Below the pieces are notes generated by a model. The model did not search any database. It had not been told where the DNA came from and worked only from the letters and a program-made list of their open reading frames with translations. From the NCBI GenBank assembly GCA_963666975.2, contig CAXVYR010000002.1:320001-384000 (forward strand): a DNA stretch of 64,000 nucleotides, given 5' to 3'. Shown in pieces: positions 27,336 through 37,506 of this stretch; positions within the stretch are counted from its first letter, which is position 1, and the number at the start of each line of letters is the position of its first letter. The DNA is from Terriglobia bacterium (GTDB lineage: Bacteria > Acidobacteriota > Terriglobia > 2-12-FULL-54-10). A program made the position numbers and the translations under genes.

Positions 27336-28401
27336 GTGAAACCACTCGAAGCTAAGAAAGTCCTTTCGACACTCGAAGAAATCTTGGAATGGTGCCGGAG
27401 CAAGGCACGCATGCGGGTCCCAGGCGAAGGGGGAGAGAGGGCCTTTCGGGGTCGACTTAAGGAAGCACTCCTGGAAAAGGTTTTCGGTTGGCCTCCGGAA
27501 TTCATGTCACTGGGCGAAAAGTTTGACATCTTGCTTTTCGATCCAGCAGGTCAGCCCGTTGTAACCATAGAAACAAAGGAACCGGGACACATCACAACCG
27601 GAGCGGAATACAAGACATTCCTCGCCCGGCTAAAACACTACCCTAGTTTGCGGCAAGCGTATTTGACGAATGGCTCTTATTGGGAGCGCTATGAGATCGA
27701 TGCTGCGCTCATGGATGAGGAAGAAATCACTCCAGAGCACTTTGAAGAGATCGATCCGGGGGGGGACTCCCACTCTCTTTGAGGATTTTGGGGCCAGACA
27801 CAATGTCGGGAAACATGAGGAGTTGGCCCTCAACAATGCCTCTGCATCGCGAGTCGAAGAGTTCTTTACGCCGCTTGCACCTACGCTCTACCTAGACCTC
27901 AGCCGTCCAATTATACTTGCTGGTCACCGGCATAAGCTAAGTCAAGAGAATCCGCATCTGATTGAAGCGTTTAGCGAAGAGTTGCGAGATCAGATTGCCG
28001 AATTCCGCCATCTCTTCTTCAATATATTCAATCACTTCCGGATAGGCGAGGTGGGGTCAGCATTATATTCAATTCACTTCCGGATAGGCGAGGTGGGGTC
28101 AGACGTAGGAACCGTGTGCCGAGCGCCATTCCAACTGTGGTGTGAGCGCAGCTACATCGCTCACCCTGAATCCCTTCACAAGCGCGTAGAAAGGGAGTTC
28201 TCTACAGAAAACGTCTCTGCTAGCCAACTCCTGAGGCTTTTTACTAACGATTTCGGCTTTCCGAGCGAATCTGCAGTAGCAGTAGCCGAATCGCTCTATG
28301 CCGAATATAGAAAAAAAAGGTCTGCCCCAGAAAAGCGTAAAGAACTTCTCTGGCCCCTCTATGAACAGACCATCCTTAACTATGCAACGCAGACTGCACA
28401 C
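27336..28401 (+). pseudogene. HsdR-N/Type IIG-like restriction nuclease N-terminal fragment, frameshifted and truncated
   Basis: EKFDILL...VTIETK nuclease motif and YLTNGSYW; frame changes at a G8 run (27758-27765); 42-nt duplication at 28023-28102; ends at an IS-like terminus. Confidence 0.55.
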
Positions 28402-28515
28402 TGTGCCCCGTCAGGGCTTGTTGGACAGGTAGAGGGTAATAGTTAAGGTGATGTTTTTGGCTCATCGTAGAGACTGAAAGGAACGAAGATGAGACAAAAA
28501 CAAGACGACAGGGGG
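28402..28515 (+). mobile_element. Probable IS left end (IS481-like, TGT terminus) with transposase start
   Basis: tgtgccccgtcagg..., RBS gaaagga, MRQKQDDR, then an abrupt switch into the middle of the activase gene. Confidence 0.4.
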
Positions 28516-29731
28516 GCGCTCAACGAAGCGCTGGCCAAGGCCGGCGACCAGGAAAAAGACGTGAAGTACGTGGCGACAACCGGTATGGGCAGATACAACG
28601 TGCCCTTCCGGAACCTCCAGATCACCGAAATCACCTGCGCGGCCCGGGGAGCTGCTTTTCTATTTCCCAACAGCAAATGCGTCCTGGACGTGGGCGCGCA
28701 AAGCACTCGCGCCATCAAGCTGCGCGAAAATGGCAGGGTGAAGGAGTTCAAATCCAATGACAAGTGCGCCGCCGGTTCCGGGGGATTCCTGGAGCGGGCC
28801 GCCGTCTATCTGGAGATTCCCGTGGAGAAGCTGGGCTCGCTTTCGCTCGGGGCCAAAAACCCGCAGAACATCAGCAGCGTCTGCGCCGTGCTGGCCGAGT
28901 CGGAGATCATCAACCACGTCAGCTCGGGCGCGATAGAAGCTCGCTGGGACTTGATCCTTCCGGAACCTCCAGATCACCGAAAGTCGGCTCACCAAGGCGC
29001 GGCCCGTTGCCGGGAGCTGCTTTTCTATTTCCCTCAGCAAATGCGTCCTCCAAACGGACGTGGGCGCGCAAAGCACTCGCGCCATCAAGCTGCAGGGGGG
29101 CGAAAATGGCAGGGTGAACGTGCCCTTCCGGAACCTCCAGATCACCGAAATCACCTGCGCGGCCCGGGGAGCTGCTTTTCTATTTCCCAACAGCAAATGC
29201 GTCCTGGACGTGGGCGCGCAAAGCACTCGCGCCATCAAGCTGCGCGAAAATGGCAGGGTGAAGGAGTTCAAATCCAATGACAAGTCCGGTTCCGGGGGAT
29301 TCCTGGAGCGGGCCGCCGTCTATCTGGAGATTCCCGTGGAGAAGCTGGGCTCGCTTTCGCTCGGGGCCAAAAACCCGCAGAACATCAGCAGCGTCTGCGC
29401 CGTGCTGGCCGAGTCGGAGATCATCAACCACGTCAGCTCGGGCCAGACGATAGAAAACATTATTCTCGGGGTCCACAACTCTTTGGCCAGCCGCTCCAAG
29501 GGCCTGCTCGCACGGGTCGGCCTGGACGGCGAGGTCACCTTTGTCGGCGGGGTAGCCCGCCAGAGCGGCATGGTAGAGGCTTTGAAAGAAGCCATCGGGC
29601 AGAAGGTCAACGTCAGCGACGACCCCGACTTGGTGGGCGCGATCGGGGCCGCGTTGCTCGCGCTGCAACGGTACCAGAAGCTGCAAAGCTCACCCGCCGA
29701 ACCGCCGGGCGAGCGCGCTGCGCGGAATTAA
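28516..29731 (+). CDS. ASKHA-type ATPase (BcrAD/BadFG family), most like benzoyl-CoA reductase subunit D; 5'-truncated and internally duplicated
   Basis: ATTGMGR, DVGAQSTRAI, NDKCAAGSGGFLE, ISSVCAVLAESEIIN, FVGGVA, VGAIGAAL; segment 28597-28929 recurs at 29117-29443. Confidence 0.75.
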
Positions 29732-29767
29732 CGGGGATTTTTTCCTGGCGGGAGAAGAATTGATTCA

Positions 29768-30793
29768 ATGAAAGCAGCAGTTTTTCACGCCGGTCATGAA
29801 CCGCTCCACCTGGAGGAAATTCCCCGCCCCGAGCCGGGCCCGGGCGAGAATGTGATGAAGGTCGCCGCCTGCGGCGTGTGTCACTCCGACCTGCACTACA
29901 TTGATCACGATGTCAAAACATTCAAAAAGCCGCCGCTGGTGCTGGGCCACGAGGCTTCCGGACATGTTGCGGCCGTGGGCCAGGGAGTGACCTCCCCCAA
30001 GGAAGGGGACGCCATCCTGCTTCCGGCCACCTTTTCTTGCGGCTCGTGCTTTTATTGCCGCACGGGAAGGGAAAACATCTGCGCCAATCTGCGCATGTTC
30101 GGCAACGACGTGGGCGGCAGTTTTGCCGAATACGTCGCAGCCCCCGCGCGGGACACGATCCCTGTGCCGAAGGAGGTTCCGCTGGAGAACGCCTCGATCA
30201 TCGCCGACGCCATCTCCACGCCCTATTACGCCGTCAAGCATCGCGCCGCCGTCAAGTCCGGCGACACGGTCGTCGTGGTCGGCTGCGGCGGCATGGGGAT
30301 CAACGCCGTGCAGTCGGCGGCGGCCTCCGGCGCACGTGTCATCGCCGTGGACACGAGCCCTGACCGGCTCCATGTGGCCAAGCGCCTGGGCGCGGCGGCC
30401 ACGCTGAATCCGTCCGAGCATGAAAAACCTTCCAAGGTCCTCCGACAGATGTCCGGCGGCGGTGCAGACATCGCCATCGAGGCCATCGGCAAGCCGCAGA
30501 CTATCCGTCTGGCTTTTGACTCCCTCCGCAAGGCGGGAAGGCTCTGCATCCTCGGGTATTGCTCCGAGGAGATCATGCTTCCGGCCTCGCGCATCATGTA
30601 TTACGAGATGGAGGTCGTGGGGAGCCTGGGATGCCGCCCTGTCGATTTTCCGCCGTTGCTGGAGTTGGTGCGGCTGGGAAAAATTCAGCTCGAACCCATC
30701 GTCACCAACAAGCTTCCGTTGAGCGAGATCAACAAAGCGCTCGACTACACCCGCCAGGGCGTGGGTTTGCGGACGCTGGTCTTGCCAGGTTGA
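29768..30793 (+). CDS. Zn-dependent dehydrogenase, 6-hydroxycyclohex-1-ene-1-carbonyl-CoA dehydrogenase (Had)-like
   Basis: CGVCHSD, LGHE, CGSCFYC...C, MFGNDVGG, IADAISTPY; directly downstream of the Bcr-like ATPase. Confidence 0.75.
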   Translation: MKAAVFHAGHEPLHLEEIPRPEPGPGENVMKVAACGVCHSDLHYIDHDVKTFKKPPLVLGHEASGHVAAVGQGVTSPKEGDAILLPATFSCGSCFYCRTGRENICANLRMFGNDVGGSFAEYVAAPARDTIPVPKEVPLENASIIADAISTPYYAVKHRAAVKSGDTVVVVGCGGMGINAVQSAAASGARVIAVDTSPDRLHVAKRLGAAATLNPSEHEKPSKVLRQMSGGGADIAIEAIGKPQTIRLAFDSLRKAGRLCILGYCSEEIMLPASRIMYYEMEVVGSLGCRPVDFPPLLELVRLGKIQLEPIVTNKLPLSEINKALDYTRQGVGLRTLVLPG

Positions 30794-30834
30794 AGTGTTG
30801 CCAGGTTAAGCCCCCGGCCAGTGAAATCTCTGTA

Positions 30835-30975
30835 GAGCGTGTGTGAAAACTTCGGCGAAGGCAAAGCAATCCGAGCCGCGCGCGTAAGCAAGCGGACCCT
30901 CAGCCTTCGACAGCTTGCCCAGGTTTTGGAGACGTTCCCTGACGGTTGCGGCTCTGATGGTTTTCACACAAACTC
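30835..30975. mobile_element. MITE with REP-like doublet and 4-bp target duplication
   Basis: TIRs gagcgtgtgtgaaaact / ggttttcacacaaactc flanked by TGTA on both sides; internal ccgagccgcgcgcgtaagcaagcgg and cgttccctgacggttgcggctc. Confidence 0.75.
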
Positions 30976-31068
30976 TGTAGGCCTTCCTTTGTGGGCGGCA
31001 TACAGGCTTGTTTATTTCAAACACGGATGAGTCTAAAATAGGTGAGACTGAAGCAGAGCAGAGGAGTT

Positions 31069-31287
31069 ATGCAGTATACGGTCATTTTAGAGCAGGAGCC
31101 TGATGGCGGCTATGTCGCAAACATCCCTGCTCTCCCTGGCTGCGTGTCGCAAGGCGATACTCGCGAGGAAGTTATGGCGAATATCCACGAGGCCGCAGAA
31201 GCCTACATTGAAGATTGCATCCAGGCTGGCGACCCAGTTCCCACCGAAGCCGGCAAGGAATACATCGAACTCGAAACCGGCGCCTGA
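31069..31287 (+). CDS. hicB: Short HicB-family antitoxin
   Basis: YTVILEQEPDGGYVANIPALPGCVSQGDTREE. Confidence 0.9.
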   Translation: MQYTVILEQEPDGGYVANIPALPGCVSQGDTREEVMANIHEAAEAYIEDCIQAGDPVPTEAGKEYIELETGA

Positions 31288-31511
31288 TGGCAAAACTACC
31301 CGCCGACCTCTCCGGGCAGCGAGTCGGAAAAGCTCTCGAACGCGCAGGATTCGTTTATACCCGGCAGCGAGGAAGTCACATGGTTTTCCGGCGCGCGGAA
31401 CCCTTCGCGCGAACTGTTGTCCCCGACCACAAGAAGTTGCGCCCAGGAACTCTCCGCCATATTCTCAAGCAGGCGGGTCTGACCGTTGAAGAGCTAATCG
31501 AGCTTCTCTAA
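31287..31511 (+). CDS. hicA: HicA-family toxin
   Basis: LERAGF...RQRGSH...VVPDHKKLRPGTLRHILKQAGL; TGATG coupling to hicB. Confidence 0.9.
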   Translation: MAKLPADLSGQRVGKALERAGFVYTRQRGSHMVFRRAEPFARTVVPDHKKLRPGTLRHILKQAGLTVEELIELL

Positions 31512-31530
31512 CACATACTGAGGCCGCCGG

Positions 31531-33534
31531 TTACATCGCCTCCGGCACTTCAATACCCAGCAGGTCGAGCGTCGCCGTCAGGCGGCTGTCCACCATCCGA
31601 ACCAGCCACAGCAGGAACGCCTTTCGCTCTTTGTCTTGCTCGGTCAAGATGTGAAAGCGGTGGTAGAAGTTGTTGAAGCCTTGCGCCAGTTGAAAGGCGA
31701 ACTTGGCCACCGCCGCCGGCTCGGTGGTGGCGATCGCCATCTCGGCGGCGGCCTCCCACTGGCTGGCCTGCAGCAGCAGTTGCCAGCAGGGGTCGCCCTC
31801 GGGCGGTGAGAGAAAACGCTCCAGCACGGCGGGTGTGACCACGGCCGGATCGTAACTGCCGCCTGCGGCCTCGAGCTTGCGAAAGATGTTGCGGGCGCGC
31901 ACCACCGCGTACTGCACGTAAGGACCGGTCTCTCCCTCGAAGCTCAGCGCCTCCCGAAAATCAAAAGCGATCACCGCATTGCATGTGTACTTCAGCAAGA
32001 AGTAACGCAGAGCGCCGATGGCGATCTGTGTGGCGATGCGCTTCCGAAATTCACTGGATTCCTCCGGGTGGCGCGACTCCACTTCCCGAAGCGCCTCGGC
32101 AATCAGCCGGTCCACCAGATCGTCCGCCTTGATCCCCAGTCCCTTTCTGCCGGAGACCTCCACGTAGGGCCGCTTCCGGTCTTCCGGGCTCAAATCAATG
32201 CCCATCTCGGCGCAGCAGCGAGGCGAGAGCGCCACCATCTCGTAAGAAAAATGAATGGAGCGATCCGCCTGTTGCTCAAAGCCCAGGGCGCGGAGGCCCT
32301 GCTCAACGATGTTCTGCAGGTAGGATTGCCGCACGTCGATGACGTTGTAAACCTTCTGGCCCCGGCCAAAGGCGGGAACAGAGTTGCCTGCCGCCTGCGT
32401 GCCGCTGACCCAGAGGATGTGGCCGTTTGGATAAGTATGAAAGGGCTGGTAGTGGAAGTCTTTTCCAAGCAGTCCGAATTTCCATAGCTGGTAGGCGATG
32501 TCCTTGCCGACGTAAGTGACGGTGCCGTTGGAGCGCACAATCACTTTGTTGTCTTCCGGGTCGCGGGCCTGCCCGGCATCGGCTTCGGCATCGTCCTTGG
32601 AGATTTCATTCGCGCCCGGCTGGCGCATCACCCAGCAACCTTTATTTTTACCCTCCGTCTCCAGGTAGATGGCGCCCTTCTCGCGGAGCAGATCGAAGGC
32701 TTTCTCCCAGAACCGCAGGTGGAGGATTTCGCTTTCGCGCGGCAGCAGGTCGTAGCCCACGTTGAGGCGCAGCATGGTCGCGATGTGGCAGCGCACGATA
32801 GCCGTCGAGACCATCTCGGCCACCCGCGCAGCCGCTTGCTCCCCTCCTTCAATCTCCTGCAAGGTCCGTCCGCGCAGCTCCAGCCGGGAAGCATCCTCTT
32901 CGTAAAAACGTGTGATGCTGGCGTAGAGGTCCCAGCAATAGTAGTCAAAGCGCACGGAAGGGTCCCCAAGCAGCCGCGCCACCTCTTGCTCCGTTTTGCG
33001 TTGCAGGTAGAGAAACCCCACCACCACGTCGGCCACCTGGACACCTGTGTTGTCAATGTAGTTTTGCACCTCGACAAGCTCCCCGCGAGAACGCAGCAGG
33101 CGAACGAAGGTGTCGCCCAGGGCGGCGTTGCGCAGGTGCCCGATGTGCGCCGCCTTGTTAGGGTTGATGTTGGTGTGTTCGACGATTGTCTTTTTCCCCG
33201 CTGCCGCCGAGGGCGCCGGAACCGCGCCCTTAAGGGAAGACGCAAGCTGGGTGGCGTAGGCGGGGCGGTCCAGATACAGGTTCACGTAGCCCGCGCCCGC
33301 GATCTCCACGTTCGCAACCCCGGAAACCGGGCGGAGCGCCGCAGCGATCTCCTCGGCTATCTGGCGCGGCGGCCTGCGGAGCTTCCGGGCCAGCTCCATC
33401 GCCAGCGGAAGAGCCAGGTCGCCCATCGCCGGACGCGGAGGCTGGTTCGCGATGACGTTCACATCCAACTCGTACTGCCGGAGGGCGAACTCGCGGACGG
33501 CTTGTTTGATCCGTGCTTGCGTGGCGAGGTACAA
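31531..33534 (-). CDS. argS: Arginine--tRNA ligase
   Basis: VEHTNINPNKAAHIGHLRNA, RSNGTVTY, SGRKG, FEGETGPYVQYA, LLGIEVPEAM. Confidence 0.96.
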   Translation of the reverse strand: MYLATQARIKQAVREFALRQYELDVNVIANQPPRPAMGDLALPLAMELARKLRRPPRQIAEEIAAALRPVSGVANVEIAGAGYVNLYLDRPAYATQLASSLKGAVPAPSAAAGKKTIVEHTNINPNKAAHIGHLRNAALGDTFVRLLRSRGELVEVQNYIDNTGVQVADVVVGFLYLQRKTEQEVARLLGDPSVRFDYYCWDLYASITRFYEEDASRLELRGRTLQEIEGGEQAAARVAEMVSTAIVRCHIATMLRLNVGYDLLPRESEILHLRFWEKAFDLLREKGAIYLETEGKNKGCWVMRQPGANEISKDDAEADAGQARDPEDNKVIVRSNGTVTYVGKDIAYQLWKFGLLGKDFHYQPFHTYPNGHILWVSGTQAAGNSVPAFGRGQKVYNVIDVRQSYLQNIVEQGLRALGFEQQADRSIHFSYEMVALSPRCCAEMGIDLSPEDRKRPYVEVSGRKGLGIKADDLVDRLIAEALREVESRHPEESSEFRKRIATQIAIGALRYFLLKYTCNAVIAFDFREALSFEGETGPYVQYAVVRARNIFRKLEAAGGSYDPAVVTPAVLERFLSPPEGDPCWQLLLQASQWEAAAEMAIATTEPAAVAKFAFQLAQGFNNFYHRFHILTEQDKERKAFLLWLVRMVDSRLTATLDLLGIEVPEAM

Positions 33535-33688
33535 CTGCCTTGCTCCTTACCCGTTTTGAAAAAAATCGAGTATAGCACGTTGCCTGCGGAAGGCCGGGAA
33601 GTGCCGCGTGAAAAGCGGCATGGCGGCTGGGCTTGCAAGTTTAGGTAGATTTCTACGTGCTGCGGGAAAGAGATTTTTCTTCCGGAAG

Positions 33689-33856
33689 CTACTGCAACGG
33701 CTCGCTGCACACTCTGCACCGCTCCCTGCGCTTGGCGTTGAGGGAACCGCAGTGATGGCAGCGGTTGTACATTCTGCTCGCGAACAGTTGCGTCACCACG
33801 GCGCTCAAGCCGAGTATGCCCGCGAAGAACAGCAGGTTGATGAGTGTCTCACCCAT
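33689..33856 (-). CDS. Small membrane-anchored zinc-finger protein (55 aa)
   Basis: MGETLINLLFFAGILGLSAVVTQLFASRMYNRCHHCGSLNAKRRERCRVCSEPLQ: one TM helix plus CxxC-x10-CxxC. Confidence 0.7.
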   Translation of the reverse strand: MGETLINLLFFAGILGLSAVVTQLFASRMYNRCHHCGSLNAKRRERCRVCSEPLQ

Positions 33857-33996
33857 CTTCTAATTGTAATACGTGATTGTAACAAGTGATTGCAAAAGGA
33901 GATTTCAGCGCGCTTACCGAGATGCGCACCATCTAATATCTTCCGGCGAAAGGCGCTCTCCGCCGGTTTTCGTTTTCTGTTCTTGGAGTGGAGATA

Positions 33997-34466
33997 CTAC
34001 CGAATCGCCCCGGGTTTCCCCAGCAGGCGGCGCAACAGTCCGATTTGTCCGATGTGGTAGGCTTCGTGGAATTGCAGGAAGGCCAGCCGCTGACCCACCG
34101 TCTCTTTCGCGTGAGACGCGGCCAAGTCGGCTTCCGTGGTGCGCTCCAAGGCGGCGAGGATCGTATCCTGGGAGTCATCGAAGGCGGCGAGAATCTCCTC
34201 CAATGGCTGAGCCTCGGATGTATCGGCAACGGGTTGCGAGCCGCGCTGATAGCGTGATGCCGCCTTCTCGTTCCAAACGGGCGGCTCGCCGAGCAGGCCT
34301 AATGCGTTGTTCCTGCTCCAAACGATGTGCCCCAGAACCCAGTTGAGACAGTTCCCGCCGGGCAGCGGAGAAAAAAGGCTGTCACACTGTGCGTGATTCC
34401 CTCGACGTTGAGATGAAGGCGGGAGTGAGCCGCCTCAAACAGCATGGCTAGAGTTGCAGTATCCAT
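33997..34466 (-). pseudogene. DinB-family protein with one frameshift (pseudogene or sequence error)
   Basis: MDTATL...LNVEGITH / DSLFSPLPGGNCLNWVLGHIV...FLQFHEAYHIGQIGLLRRLLGK; shift near 34385. Confidence 0.8.
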
Positions 34467-35455
34467 TACGCTTCCTTTCTCCCGGCACGACGTTCCCCCT
34501 GCAATACAAATGCCCCGGTGCTATAAAAAATATTCATCACTAGATTCTCCTTGCAGCGGCTATTGCCTTACGCTATTCAGGCTGCGTGCTGGTTTAGGGG
34601 ACTATGGCCATCACCGAAGGGAAAGATCAAAAACGGCCATTAGGAAGGAAAGGTCCGAGTAGAGATCCCGATTCACCCGTTCAGGTTATTCCATCTGTCT
34701 TTGATGTCCCTTACGATCAGGCCGCGCATCCGCTCTGTCCATCCCGGACATTCCCCGCAACAGCCTGAACGTATTTCTTAAATCCAGTTTCCCGAAAAAA
34801 GTGACGGAATTTACATGATCCGCCCACAGGTCTCGGTTGCATTGGCAGCGATCCGTATGCTGCTTCTATTCGCCTTGCGGCACACGGTATTTTGCCACTG
34901 TCATAGAAGACAGCCTAGCTTATTTTCCAGCGCTGTCATGCAAGTCAACGCATGTCAAATGACTGGCAATGAAACCAAAAACCTAGGCAAACAATCCAAA
35001 TATTTCTGCCAAATGCTGAATTCATTTTTAACACATTTCTCAATAGAAACAGATTAGACGCAGATTAATTATTACTAAACCACCGGCACAGAAATCAGGA
35101 CCGCAGGTCATTCGCTTTTCACTTCGGCAGCTACGAAATGCCGTTTTGGGGAACCGTGCAGCGGCAAGCCATGAAGCTATCAAACCGGGGCGTCACACTG
35201 CAAAAGTCGCAGCATCGAAATTACATCGGAGAGATGAGGTGAGCGCCGCCCACCGTGTGCTGCTCAAGGTAAGACCGTCAGGATTGACAGCCACAGATGT
35301 TGGGCGTACAGTCCAAAACAGGAGCATAAGGAAATGAAGGTTGTCATTCGCGGGCAGCGGCGGCGGACAACAGATGCAGCGCTCGGGCAGGAAAGTTGCC
35401 AGGTAAATTCGGGGCTAAATACAGGAATACTGACCATCTGAACGGAGGGAGTTTT

Positions 35456-36154
35456 ATGAAGGTCGATAAGGCAGGTTTATTTTGGGGGATGACTTTGGCT
35501 ATTACGCTTGTGGCGTCGCAGATCGCTTGCCAGCAGACAGGCGGCCCGGCCGATGACGCCATGGAGTCCGGAGCATACGCCGGAGATTCTGCCGCTTCGG
35601 CAGGCGGCAGCGAGCGTGCCGCGCCACAGCCCCGCTCGGCAACGCTGGCGGCGGGAACCGCGCTGAGAATCCGCACCACGAGCGAGATCAGCACGGACTC
35701 GAGCCAGTCCGGAGAAAGTTTCACCGCCACGCTCGAAGAACCGCTGGTCGAAGGCACTTGGGTAGTTGCTCCCCAAGGCTCGACGGTGGAGGGACGAATC
35801 GTCGAAGCCGATCAAGGCGGCCGAGTGCAAGGCGTCGCCCGGCTCGCCATCGAGCTCACGCAGTTGCACACGGCGGACGGCCAGACGATCGAAATTTCCT
35901 CGAACACCGTCGCCGTGGAAGCAGATACCACCAAAAAAGATGACGCCACGAAGATCGCCATCGGCAGCGGAATCGGCGCAGCCATTGGAGCCATTGTCGG
36001 CGGAAAAAAGGGCGCGGGAATCGGCGCGGCTACCGGCGCGGGCGCCGGCACGGGCGTTGTTCTGGCCACTCGGGGGGATGCGGCGGTTATCGGCAGTGAG
36101 ACCGTGCTGGACTTCGAGTTGCAGTCTCCGGTCACGATCACAGAAAGCAATTAA
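35456..36154 (+). CDS. Lipoprotein with glycine zipper, function unknown
   Basis: Lipobox-like SQIAC; GSGIGAAIGAIVGGKKGAGIGAATGAGAGTG; RBS ggaggg. Confidence 0.8.
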   Translation: MKVDKAGLFWGMTLAITLVASQIACQQTGGPADDAMESGAYAGDSAASAGGSERAAPQPRSATLAAGTALRIRTTSEISTDSSQSGESFTATLEEPLVEGTWVVAPQGSTVEGRIVEADQGGRVQGVARLAIELTQLHTADGQTIEISSNTVAVEADTTKKDDATKIAIGSGIGAAIGAIVGGKKGAGIGAATGAGAGTGVVLATRGDAAVIGSETVLDFELQSPVTITESN

Positions 36155-36299
36155 GCAGCCTGCCGAATCGATTTCCTTGCCGCCGCATGCTGCGGCAATT
36201 CCTGTCGCGGGTGGATTTGCGAATTCTCCAACACCGGAGCCGATCCTGGAGCCCACACTGGAGAATGACCCACAGCGGAGACGAATCATCACAGACGAC

Positions 36300-37244
36300 A
36301 TGAGCGCCTCTCCCCGCCGGACCGGGAACTCCCGTCTATCGCGAAACGCCCGCAACCGGACCGGCGCTGTCCCGTCAACGGAGCGACCGCATCCATCGAG
36401 CGCAGCGATAGACGCTCAAGACACTACCGGCATCCTCCGCACAATTCAGAAGCAAGACGCCGGAGTCCCTGCCGCAGTCAAACGGCAAATTCCGAACATT
36501 GCCAGAGCCGTAGAGGCGGTTACAAAGGCCCTGCGCATGGGCGGGCGGCTGATCTACGTCGGGGCCGGCACCAGCGGGCGAATCGGCATGATGGACGCGG
36601 CAGAATGTCCTCCCACCTTCGGCACAGACAGCGAGATGGTGCAGGCCGTGATGGCCGGCGGCTCCCGTGCACTGACCCGGGCGCTGGAAGGCTCCGAGGA
36701 TGACCGAACGCAGGGCCGCCGCGACCTGGCCGCCCGAAAGGTTGGCCCTCGCGACGTAGTAGTCGGACTCACCGCCAGCGGCCGAACGCCTTACACGCTT
36801 GCGGCGCTGAGCTACGCCCGTTCGCGGCGGGCTGCAACCGTGGCGGTCACCTGCAACCCCGGCTCGCCCGCCACTCGCGCCGCCCGCATTGCCATTGTCC
36901 CCGCCACAGGCCCGGAGGTAATTGCAGGCTCCACGCGCATGAAGGCTGCGCTGGCACAGAAAATGGTCTTGCACATGATCTCCACCGCCGCCATGGTTCG
37001 TCTGGGCCGTGTTTACCGCAACTACATGGTTGAGGTTCGCCCCACCAATAAAAAACTGCTGGAGAGGGCTCGTTCCATTGTCGGAACTGTGACGGGAGCG
37101 GACCGCCAAACCGCAGCCTCGACGCTGGAGCGCGCCGGGAAAGACGTCAAGCTGGCAATCGTGATGTTGCAGTGCGGCCTCGCCCGCCCGGCAGCAGACA
37201 AGCTGCTGCGCCGCCACCGCCGCGATCTGCGCGCAATCGGCTAG
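36300..37244 (+). CDS. murQ: N-acetylmuramic acid 6-phosphate etherase
   Basis: GGRLIYVGAGTSGRIGMMDAAECPPTFG, GPEVIAGSTRMKA, NYMVEVRPTNKKL; start uncertain. Confidence 0.93.
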   Translation: MSASPRRTGNSRLSRNARNRTGAVPSTERPHPSSAAIDAQDTTGILRTIQKQDAGVPAAVKRQIPNIARAVEAVTKALRMGGRLIYVGAGTSGRIGMMDAAECPPTFGTDSEMVQAVMAGGSRALTRALEGSEDDRTQGRRDLAARKVGPRDVVVGLTASGRTPYTLAALSYARSRRAATVAVTCNPGSPATRAARIAIVPATGPEVIAGSTRMKAALAQKMVLHMISTAAMVRLGRVYRNYMVEVRPTNKKLLERARSIVGTVTGADRQTAASTLERAGKDVKLAIVMLQCGLARPAADKLLRRHRRDLRAIG

Positions 37245-37483
37245 AGCGGTTTACATAATGGTGTAGAGACTCGTATTCGTTGGTTCTGCTGTCAGGGCAC
37301 GGTTTCAACCGTGCCGTCACCCGGATCACGACAGTGCCTTCAGCCGCCGAGGTCGGGGTTGAATCGCTGGAACACACAGCGTTCAAAACTCACCTCAGGC
37401 GTTAAAGCGCACTTGGCTGGAGAGCGTTTCGGCACGGCTGAATCCGTGCCCTGGCGAAATACACAATTCGTAAAAACGGCCTA
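37242..37483. repeat. MITE-like element (IS630-like ends) with REP-like doublet, at the murQ stop codon
   Basis: tagagcggtttacataatggtgtag...tacacaattcgtaaaaacggccta; internal tcagggcacggtttcaaccgtgccg and cggcacggctgaatccgtgccctg. Confidence 0.65.
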
Positions 37484-37506
37484 ACCTCCGTCTCAGTATT
37501 CTGCAT

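Noticed and set aside
28597-29443. Two tandem activase genes, or a diversified cassette
   Set aside because: Near-identical copies separated by an error-rich third partial copy; best explained as one misassembled gene
35766-36299. 178-aa N-terminal extension of MurQ
   Set aside because: Overlaps the lipoprotein gene in another frame and is low-complexity; MurQ homology starts after 36300
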